Made by a program: the position numbers and the translations under genes. Under the pieces are notes generated by a model. The model was not told the DNA's origin, did no database searches, and saw only the letters and a program-made list of their open reading frames with translations. This document shows, piece by piece, positions 56,800-64,000 of a DNA stretch of 64,000 bases; the first letter of the stretch is position 1, and each line of letters begins with the position of its first letter. Source of the DNA: Gemmatimonadota bacterium (GTDB lineage: Bacteria; Gemmatimonadota; Gemmatimonadetes; Palauibacterales; Palauibacteraceae); contig OZ220691.1 of assembly GCA_965116475.1 (NCBI GenBank), positions 1,568,001 to 1,632,000 on the forward strand, in the 5' to 3' direction.

Positions 56800-57950
56800 G
56801 AGGGGCCTCCTGCGGTCGTTGTGTGAGCGGCGATCTCGTCTGAAGTGGCGATCTCGTCCAGGGCCGCGATCTCGTCGAGCGCGGCGAGGAAGCGCTCCTC
56901 CTCGGCACGTCGCCTAACCGAGACCCGAATGTGCCCGGGAAGCCCGAAGGAGGCCGCGTGACGCACGCGGATGCCTCGAAGCCTGAGGGCGTGGGCGGTG
57001 GCGGCCGCATCGGGGACCGCCGCGAGGACGAAGCCGGTGACGGATGGACCCGGACGCCACCCGCGCCGGACGAGCGCCGCGGACAGAATCCGGCGCCGTG
57101 CGGCGATGCGGCCGAGGCTTTCGTCGAGCCGGGCGAGGGCGCGCGGGGCCAGCGCCGCCCGGAGCGCGGCCTGGGCGACCGAGGACACGGGCCAGGGTGG
57201 GGCGGCGCATGCGAGGGCGTGGAGGATCCCGGGCGCCGCGACGGCGGCGGCGAGGCGCAGCCCGGGCACGCCAAGGTCCTTGGTGAACGAGCGCAGGTGC
57301 AGGACGCGGTCGTCGCCGGGAAGGTGGGGCGGTGCGAGGCGCCCGGCCGCGAAGGACCTGTACGACTCGTCGATCACCAGCAGTGTCCCCGCGGGCATCC
57401 GGTCCGCGAGCCGGGCGACGCTCTCGTCCGAGGGTGCTTCGCCGGTCGGGTTGTTCGGAGTGCAGAAGAAGGCGACCGGCGGCCGCAGCCGGGCGACGCG
57501 ATCGGAGAATCGTTCGAGCCGCAGCCGGAAATCCGGAGCGACCCCTCGCACCTCGTGAACTTCCCCGCCCTGGACCGCTACGGCGCGACGGTACTCGCCG
57601 AAGGTGGGGCCGCACACGACCACCGGGTCGCCGGGCCGAATCCAGCAGCGGGCGATCCGGTAGATCAGCTCGGAGGCGCCGGGCGCGAGAAGGAGTCGCT
57701 CGGGGTCGAGTTCCCAGACGCCGGCCAACCGTGCGCGCGCCCGGCTCGAAGCCGGATCCGGATAGGCGTCGAGCGGTGCGTCGGCTACCGCCCGGCGCAC
57801 CGCCTCGTCCGGGAGATACGGGTTGATGTTGGTGCTGAGATCGACGGTCACGGGGGGATATTCGACGTCCTGCTCGTACCCCGGTCCGCCGTGGAACTCC
57901 GGCGGCGCCCCGGCGAGGCGGGGGTCGGGACGCGGGGGACGCCAGGTCAT
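56796..57950 (-). CDS. cobD: Threonine-phosphate decarboxylase (HisC-like PLP enzyme)
   Basis: HGG, DLSTNINP, PNNPTG, SFTKDLGVPGLR; cob gene context. Confidence 0.85.
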   Translation of the reverse strand: MTWRPPRPDPRLAGAPPEFHGGPGYEQDVEYPPVTVDLSTNINPYLPDEAVRRAVADAPLDAYPDPASSRARARLAGVWELDPERLLLAPGASELIYRIARCWIRPGDPVVVCGPTFGEYRRAVAVQGGEVHEVRGVAPDFRLRLERFSDRVARLRPPVAFFCTPNNPTGEAPSDESVARLADRMPAGTLLVIDESYRSFAAGRLAPPHLPGDDRVLHLRSFTKDLGVPGLRLAAAVAAPGILHALACAAPPWPVSSVAQAALRAALAPRALARLDESLGRIAARRRILSAALVRRGWRPGPSVTGFVLAAVPDAAATAHALRLRGIRVRHAASFGLPGHIRVSVRRRAEEERFLAALDEIAALDEIATSDEIAAHTTTAGGPS

Positions 57951-58942
57951 GAGCGGCATGCCCTCGCGGCGACGACCAGCCCGACGCCCAGCCACGCCGC
58001 GCGGCGGATCAGAGCGGCGGCCGCGTCGATGTCGCCGGCTTCGGGTCGGGCGCCCGCGGCGTTCAGCGTGTAGGCGCCGGGTTTGCGGAGCCGGACGCCC
58101 AGAGCGAGCGCGGCAGCGGCCATCGGCCACCCGGCGTTGGGCCCCGCCGCGCGGGACGCTTCACGCGGGAGAAGATGGAACACGCCGGCAGTCGCCGGGC
58201 GGATCCCGTGGCGGCGAAACGGTTGAGATGCCGCGGCCATCACGATCAGGACGGCCGCCAGCCGGGCGGGCACGAAGTTGAGGAGGTCGTCGGCACGCGC
58301 CGCCGGCTTCCCATACCAGATCAGGTCGGGCGTGCGGTAACCGAACATCGCGTCGGCGGTGTTGACGACCCGGTAGACCCAGGCCCCGGGCAAGCCGGCG
58401 GCCAGGTAGGCGCAGGCGGGCGCCACCACCGAGTCGCAGAGATTCTCGGCCAGCGACTCGATCGCCGCCGAGGCGCAGTGAGAGGCGTCCAGCGCGCTCG
58501 TGTCGCGGCTGACCAGATCCCACGCCAAGTGGCGCCTCGCTCCGTCGAGGTCCCCGGCCCCGAGTGCGGCGGCCACCCGTTCGCCCGCCTCGGCGAGCGG
58601 CTCGAGGGCCAGCGCCGGGTGCAGGAGAAGAGCTTCGGTCCCCGCCGCCAGGAGTGTAGCGGGCAGCGGGCACCCGGCGGACTCCCGGGAGGAGCGCCCG
58701 CGCCGCGCGGTCAGGGAACGCGAGGTCGCGGCAGCGAGGGCCGACACCGCCGCCAGCGCCGCCGCCCCCTCGACGAGACTTCCCAGCGGCCTTCGGCTGC
58801 GCCCAAGTCGGCGCGCGCCGCCCAGCAGGACACCGATCGCCCGCACCGGGTGAAGGCGGGGCTGGCCCAGGATCCGATCGAGGACGAGGGCGCCCGCCAG
58901 GCTCAGCCCCAGGAGGCGTGGGGTCCGACACCCCGTGCTCAT
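57947..58942 (-). CDS. cbiB: Adenosylcobinamide-phosphate synthase
   Basis: HPV, VSRDT, ESLAEN..DSVVAP, NTADAMFGY, PNAGWP. Confidence 0.93.
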   Translation of the reverse strand: MSTGCRTPRLLGLSLAGALVLDRILGQPRLHPVRAIGVLLGGARRLGRSRRPLGSLVEGAAALAAVSALAAATSRSLTARRGRSSRESAGCPLPATLLAAGTEALLLHPALALEPLAEAGERVAAALGAGDLDGARRHLAWDLVSRDTSALDASHCASAAIESLAENLCDSVVAPACAYLAAGLPGAWVYRVVNTADAMFGYRTPDLIWYGKPAARADDLLNFVPARLAAVLIVMAAASQPFRRHGIRPATAGVFHLLPREASRAAGPNAGWPMAAAALALGVRLRKPGAYTLNAAGARPEAGDIDAAAALIRRAAWLGVGLVVAARACRS

Positions 58943-59772
58943 GGATCATCCCGCCGGAGCGGGACGGTCTGCGGTGCGCCGGTATCGCTCCCGGGGCCGG
59001 GGTGCGGCACCACTCTGAGCGGCCAGTCGTAAACCGCCTCCAGCGACTCTCGTGACAACATTTCGTCCGGTGTGCCGCGGGCCCGCGCGCGTCCACGGTC
59101 GAGCAGCAGAAGCCGGTCGGCGAATCGGGCGGCCAGGTTGATGTCGTGGGTGATGACCAGCACGCCGAGACCGGCGGCCCGGAGTTGGCGCAGGAGGTGG
59201 AAGAGTTCCATGCGGTAGCGGAGGTCGAGTCCGGCCGTGGGCTCATCGAGCAGCAGGACCGGCGCCTCCTGGGCGAGCGCCCTGGCGATCCTGGCCCGCT
59301 GTCGCTCGCCGCCGGAGAGTTCGCCCAGGTGGCGATCCGCGAACTCCGTCACCGTGCAGCGCGCCATCGCGTCTTCCACGACCGCGCGGTCCCGGTCGCC
59401 GGAGCGCTCCCAGGGGCCGAGGTGCGCGTATCGTCCCATCCCCACCATTTCCCGCACCGTGACGGGAAACGGGGAGGACTCGGACTGCGGCACCACCGCG
59501 ATCGCGAGAGCACGCTCCCGGTCGCCCAGGTCGGACAGCGCGCGGTCGTCGAGGGTGACCCCACCGTCCTGGGGCGTCAGGGTCCCTGAGAGGAGCTTCA
59601 ACAGCGTCGTCTTGCCGGCGCCGTTGGGACCCACGACGGCGAGGAGGCTCCCCGGAGAGACGGAGAGCGAGACCCGGCGCACGGCGGCCTCGTCCGCCCG
59701 CGGATGGGTGAAGCTCAGATCCCGGCCCTCCAACACCGGCCGCCAGTCGCGCGACGGGGCGGCTTCCCTCAC
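58939..59772 (-). CDS. Corrinoid/iron-chelate ABC transporter ATP-binding protein (BtuD-like)
   Basis: GPNGAGKTT, LSGGERQR, LLLDEPT. Confidence 0.92.
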   Translation of the reverse strand: MREAAPSRDWRPVLEGRDLSFTHPRADEAAVRRVSLSVSPGSLLAVVGPNGAGKTTLLKLLSGTLTPQDGGVTLDDRALSDLGDRERALAIAVVPQSESSPFPVTVREMVGMGRYAHLGPWERSGDRDRAVVEDAMARCTVTEFADRHLGELSGGERQRARIARALAQEAPVLLLDEPTAGLDLRYRMELFHLLRQLRAAGLGVLVITHDINLAARFADRLLLLDRGRARARGTPDEMLSRESLEAVYDWPLRVVPHPGPGSDTGAPQTVPLRRDDP

Positions 59773-60764
59773 CGCCGCCCCCCCCGCAGCAGCAGCGCCA
59801 CGAAGAACGGCACCCCCGCGACGGCCGTGACCACGCCGGTCGGGAGTTCGGCCGGCGCCACGACCAGGCGGGCCACGGTGTCCGCGAGCAGGAGGAAGGC
59901 GGTTCCAGCCAGGAAGGACGCGGGGAGAAGCATGCGGTGGTCGTTCCCCCACGCGAGCCGGACGGCGTGCGGAACGATCAGCCCGACGAAGCCGATCACG
60001 CCGCCCGCCGCCACGGCCGCGGCCACCATCAGCGACGCGGCCAGGTAGGCGGTGAGCTTCACCCGCTGCACGGAGGCGCCCAGGTAGAACGCGACCTCCT
60101 CACCGCGCGAGAGCAGATTGAAGGCACGGGCCAGCGAGACCACGGTCAGCGCGCCGGGAACGAGCAGCAGGGCCAGCAGCCCGGTCGACGGCCAGTCGGC
60201 GCCGGAGAGGTTGCCCATCATCCAGAAGATGGCCGAGCGGAATGACTCCACGTCGGCGACCGAGAGCAGAAGCAGGATCACCGCGTTGAAGAAGGCGCCG
60301 ATGATCACACCCGACAGGATCAGGACGCGCGTGTCCATCCGTCCGGGCGAGGCCCGCCGCGCGACCGCCAGCACCAGCGCCATCGCGGCCAGCGCACCGG
60401 CGAACGCGCCCAGGGGGAGCGTCCAGGGAAGGCGCAGCCCGACGCCGGTGACCACGACCGCCACCGCGCCGACCGCGGCTCCGCCCGAGACTCCGAGCAC
60501 GTAGGGTTCGGCGAGCGGGTTGCGCAGGAGGGCCTGAAAGGTGCAGCCGCTGAGGCCGAGCGCCCCTCCGACCAGCGCGGCCAGAGCCGCGCGGGGCAGC
60601 CGCAACTGGAGGAGGATGGAACGGGTGGTGGGGTCGGCCTCTCCCGAGAGAAGGCGCCACAACTCTCCAGGGCCCAGACCGGAGGCGCCGAAGGAGACGC
60701 TGAGCCCGATCGCGGCGACGACGACCAGCGCGAGGAGTGCGAGGCGGCGGGGCGTGTGCGTCAA
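59769..60764 (-). CDS. FecCD/BtuC family ABC permease
   Basis: RLPR, RNPLAEPY.LGVSGGA, GFVGLIVPH, ELPTG. Confidence 0.92.
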   Translation of the reverse strand: MTHTPRRLALLALVVVAAIGLSVSFGASGLGPGELWRLLSGEADPTTRSILLQLRLPRAALAALVGGALGLSGCTFQALLRNPLAEPYVLGVSGGAAVGAVAVVVTGVGLRLPWTLPLGAFAGALAAMALVLAVARRASPGRMDTRVLILSGVIIGAFFNAVILLLLSVADVESFRSAIFWMMGNLSGADWPSTGLLALLLVPGALTVVSLARAFNLLSRGEEVAFYLGASVQRVKLTAYLAASLMVAAAVAAGGVIGFVGLIVPHAVRLAWGNDHRMLLPASFLAGTAFLLLADTVARLVVAPAELPTGVVTAVAGVPFFVALLLRGGRR

Positions 60765-61714
60765 CGCGGCCCGTGCAGGAAGTGGGCCATGCGACGTGCC
60801 GCCTCCGCCACGCGGGGTCCGGGTCGGTTGAAGAGGTCGCCGTCCACGAGGAGGTAGCGGCCGGCGCGGACGGCGCGCAGTTCCCGCCACCCCGGCCCCT
60901 CGAGCCACGGCGCACCCGGAGCTTCGGGCGCGTGCCGGGCGATGACGAGGGCGTCGGGATCGCGCCGCAGGATCGCCTCGACGGACACCCGCGGCCACGA
61001 GCGCGCGGCATCGCCGAAGACGTTGCGTCCACCCGCGTGCTCGATCACCTCGTCGATGAAGGTCCCCGGCCCGGTCGTCTGCGGCGGGTCGTGCCACACG
61101 GAGTAGTAGACGTCGACGGGCTCGCGTCCGCGCACCACGGCGGCCACGCTCTCCAGCTCGAGGTCCAGCGAGTCCACCAGCGCGGCGGCCCGTTCCTCGC
61201 GGCCGAGCAGCGTGCCCAGGCGGCGCAGGTGGCTGCGCACGTCGCCGATCGTCTGCACGTTCGCCCTGTATACGGGGATGCCCAGCGCGTCCAGCCGTTC
61301 CCCCACTGCGCGCTGGAACGCGTCGGCCCACGTGATGACGAGATCGGGTTCGAGACCGGCCAGTGCCTCGAGATTCGGCTGGATGGTCCCGCCGAGCGAC
61401 GGGAGGTGGGCGAGTTCCGGGGCCCGGTCGAACCGCGTGCGCGCGACGAGGACGCCGGGATCCAGCGCGGTGATCGATTCGGTCAGCGAGGGGATCACCG
61501 AAAAGACGCGGCGCGCCGGCGCGGTGAGCGCGACGGTGGTTCCCGCATCGTCCATGACGGAAACCGCGGGCACGTCCGCCTTCTCGTCCGGGGCACAGGA
61601 CGTGAGGAGGACCGGGACAAGCAGGGCCGGGGCGAGCAGGGCGGCGATCCGCCGCGCGAACGGAGCAATCGGGGGCGCTGTCGCGCTGGCCCTGGCCTGG
61701 TCTGCCGTGTACAC
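60761..61714 (-). CDS. btuF: Cobalamin-binding periplasmic lipoprotein (BtuF-like)
   Basis: PSLTE, PNLEAL..LEPDLV, RPGPR; downstream of a B12 riboswitch. Confidence 0.85.
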   Translation of the reverse strand: MYTADQARASATAPPIAPFARRIAALLAPALLVPVLLTSCAPDEKADVPAVSVMDDAGTTVALTAPARRVFSVIPSLTESITALDPGVLVARTRFDRAPELAHLPSLGGTIQPNLEALAGLEPDLVITWADAFQRAVGERLDALGIPVYRANVQTIGDVRSHLRRLGTLLGREERAAALVDSLDLELESVAAVVRGREPVDVYYSVWHDPPQTTGPGTFIDEVIEHAGGRNVFGDAARSWPRVSVEAILRRDPDALVIARHAPEAPGAPWLEGPGWRELRAVRAGRYLLVDGDLFNRPGPRVAEAARRMAHFLHGPR

Positions 61715-61754
61715 CGGTTCCCCTCCCTCGAAGGATGGTGTTGAGAGGACGAGG

Positions 61755-61935
61755 GAACCGCGTCTCCTGGCTCGAGGTGACGTCGCTCGCCTTCCCGGGA
61801 TCAACCAGTGGCCGTCGAGCGCGTCGTTTCGGATCCGCCGATGGGATCCGGACCTCCTACAGTGGCGGGGCCGCGTCGGCTTCGGACCGAACTTCCGGTG
61901 GCCCCCTCGCGTCAATCTGCGAGGATAGCCGCACA
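61755..61935 (-). ncRNA. Cobalamin riboswitch
   Basis: GGAAG...GCGGCCCCGCCACTGT...GCCACTG...GGGAAGGC...GAGCCAGGAGAC on the minus strand. Confidence 0.9.
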
Positions 61936-62933
61936 TCCGAGGGCGGGGCAACTCGGCAGCCGCCGCCGATCAACCGCAGGGACACGACCGTCGCGGGCGA
62001 ACGCGCGGGCAGCACGGGCACCACGACACCGCCCCCGTGGTTCAGGATGTCCGAGACCTCCTCCGGCGCCGGCGTTTCGTCCTCCGGGTAGAGAAGCCCC
62101 CACACGGTGCCCGAGTGAGCCCGCAGGATGCCGAGCGCGGTCGTCTCCCGGGCGCACGCCTCCAGTCCCGGCGGGGCGGGAGGACACCCCAGGCAATGGG
62201 CCTCCGCGGCGCTCGCCGTCGCCGCCGCGCCGATCTTCCCGGGGTCACCGTGCGCGATCCCTTCGGCGCAGAGCCGGAATGCGTCGCGCCAGGCGCTCAG
62301 GGCGTGTTCGGGGAGTCGGGTCGGAAGCCTCCGGTTGAACGCCACCGTGTCCACCGCCCCGGGGAGTCTGATGCCGAGGATGTTCAGGGCCGGGGGCGGG
62401 CCGAGCGGCTCCTGGATCGTGCCGCCGCGGTGATCGAACAGCACGAGCCCGGAGAGCAGAGAGCCGCTGGTCGGCTCAACCTCGAGGGCGGCGCGGACGA
62501 CGGCTTCACCCGACCCCCGCAGGCCCAGGGCGTCCACCCCGGCGCGCAATCCCGCGCCCAGATCGGCGGTGCTGCTTCCGAAGCCGGCCCCCCGAGGCAC
62601 CTCATCGCCGCCGAGCCTCACGCGCAGGGCGCGGCCGGGCCGCCCGCGCAGCAGGACCTCCAGACCGCGCTTCACCTTGGCATAGCGGGGGGAAGCACCC
62701 GCTTCGGCCCGGGCAGGCGGCACGACCTCCGCGCGGGCGGTCCGGTACAGGTCGACGGGAGCCGCGATCTGTAGCCAGCGGCCGCGCCCGAAGCCCTGCA
62801 CGAGTTCGCCGCAGGTGGCCGGGGCCGCCCAGGTCGCGGACCCGGCACCCGCCCCGGCCGGACGCCTTGCCGGGGGCACCGAGACGCACGCGACACCAGC
62901 TTGCACGCTGTCTGCAGAGCCTGTATCCATCAT
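61857..62933 (-). CDS. pduX: L-threonine kinase (GHMP family, PduX-like)
   Basis: PATCGELVQG, PRGAGFGSSTAD, EPT, AHSGT; true start may be downstream of 62933. Confidence 0.85.
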   Translation of the reverse strand: MMDTGSADSVQAGVACVSVPPARRPAGAGAGSATWAAPATCGELVQGFGRGRWLQIAAPVDLYRTARAEVVPPARAEAGASPRYAKVKRGLEVLLRGRPGRALRVRLGGDEVPRGAGFGSSTADLGAGLRAGVDALGLRGSGEAVVRAALEVEPTSGSLLSGLVLFDHRGGTIQEPLGPPPALNILGIRLPGAVDTVAFNRRLPTRLPEHALSAWRDAFRLCAEGIAHGDPGKIGAAATASAAEAHCLGCPPAPPGLEACARETTALGILRAHSGTVWGLLYPEDETPAPEEVSDILNHGGGVVVPVLPARSPATVVSLRLIGGGCRVAPPSDVRLSSQIDARGPPEVRSEADAAPPL

Positions 62934-63100
62934 CGCAGTTCATGGACGGAGGGGCGCTCGGAAGTCCGGTGAAAGTCCGGCGCGGCCCCGCCACTGTAAA
63001 GGGACAGGGGGATCCGATCCCCCGGTGTTCCGCTCACGAAGCCACTGGGCCGCGAGGCTCGGGAAGGCGAGCGGATCCGTCCCAAGCCAGGAGACCTCTC
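62920..63100 (+). ncRNA. Cobalamin riboswitch
   Basis: GGAAGTCCGGTGAAAGTCCGGCGCGGCCCCGCCACTGT...GCCACTG...GGGAAGGC...AAGCCAGGAGACC. Confidence 0.93.
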
Positions 63101-63206
63101 CTCCGTCTTCGGATCGACACCCTCGCGGGAGGGCGTGGTCCCGCGTTCGCGCCGCCGCGTGGACGTTCGACCGTGCTCTTCCCCGTCCCGGAGAAGACGG
63201 GGTCGA

Positions 63207-64000
63207 GTGAAGAAGAAGTTCGCGATCGCCATCCTCGCTGCCGGCGTTGCCTTGCCGGGCACTCCGGCACACGCGGCACACGCGCTCCCCACCCAGGTCG
63301 CCGCCTCGGTTCACGTGTCCGTGCGGGCGGCAAGGACCTTGCCAACCGCGCCCGGCGAGGCTGCGACGGAGCCGGGCGCGGCCGTCGCCGTGCCGGGTGC
63401 GGCGGTCGCCGTCCGGGGCGCCGGGCTCCAGGCGACGACCGACGCGCGCGGCGTCGCCGTCCTCCGGGGTCTCTCGCCGGGACCGCACGCCCTCGTGGTC
63501 TCGGCGCCCGGCTTCCTGGAAGCCGCGGTCGAGGTCGAAGCTGCGAACGGGCGCGTCACGCGAACGAGCATCGTGCTCGATCCGGCCCCGGTACGGATCA
63601 GGGAGCTGGTGGTGCAGGTGGCAGCCCGTGAGCGGGACGCGGGCGCCACGGTGTTGGAGACCGCCAGCCTTCCGCCCGGGGTGATGGATCTCCCGGCCGC
63701 GCTCGAACGCGTTCCAGGGGCAACGGTCGTGAGGCAGGGCGGGCCGGGGGCTCCCGCGGTTCTGCAACTGCGCGGCGCGGGCGGCGACCAGGTGCTGGTG
63801 CTGCTCGACGGAACGCCGATCAACTCTCCGCTCACCGGGGTCGCGGATCTGAGCACGGTGGACCTCGAGTCCGTGTCGCGCATCGCCGTGATCCCGGGGG
63901 CGCAGTCCGCCCGCTACGGGCCGCAGGCGCTGGGCGGCGTCGTCCTGCTGGAGAGCCGCGACCGCGACGTGACGACCGCCGCCGTCACCGCCGGGATGGG
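63207..64000 (+). CDS. btuB: TonB-dependent receptor, BtuB-like (partial)
   Basis: Manual translation from GTG 63207: signal peptide, carboxypeptidase-regulatory-like domain, plug motifs LRG...VLVLLDG.P.N and SARYG..ALGGVV; preceded by a B12 riboswitch. Confidence 0.85.
   Translation, partial: MKKKFAIAILAAGVALPGTPAHAAHALPTQVAASVHVSVRAARTLPTAPGEAATEPGAAVAVPGAAVAVRGAGLQATTDARGVAVLRGLSPGPHALVVSAPGFLEAAVEVEAANGRVTRTSIVLDPAPVRIRELVVQVAARERDAGATVLETASLPPGVMDLPAALERVPGATVVRQGGPGAPAVLQLRGAGGDQVLVLLDGTPINSPLTGVADLSTVDLESVSRIAVIPGAQSARYGPQALGGVVLLESRDRDVTTAAVTAGM

Overview
High-GC bacterial chromosomal segment with about 55 genes. The gene content (many exported peptidases and amidohydrolases, a choice-of-anchor B protein, a DUF1592-DUF1552-ankyrin operon, 6-bladed propellers, PadR/permease-prefix genes) resembles Gemmatimonadota; this assignment is an inference. 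Recognisable modules: NhaC/MOSC/Nramp genes; M14, S9 and S10 peptidases; a vapBC pair; a probable oxalyl-CoA synthetase/reductase pair; a PadR locus with three permease-prefix (HAAS-like) paralogs and shared palindromic operators; P450-ferredoxin-panB; CcdA-TlpA; and a corrinoid uptake/completion cluster (btuB, pduX, btuFCD, cbiB, cobD, cobO, cobQ) with two cobalamin riboswitches. Main findings: (1) two unlinked AAA-ATPase/wHTH/PD-(D/E)xK (AAA_14+DUF4143) genes are each immediately preceded by an array of exactly 23-bp period but with different repeat sequences; (2) an exported peroxiredoxin has an in-frame UGA at the catalytic position followed by a SECIS-like hairpin, and it lies next to CcdA-TlpA; (3) a candidate ~65-nt sRNA with its own promoter and terminator; (4) dispersed parS-like palindromes. 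No rRNA, tRNA, CRISPR array or transposase was seen. All calls come from reading motifs by eye; no searches were run.
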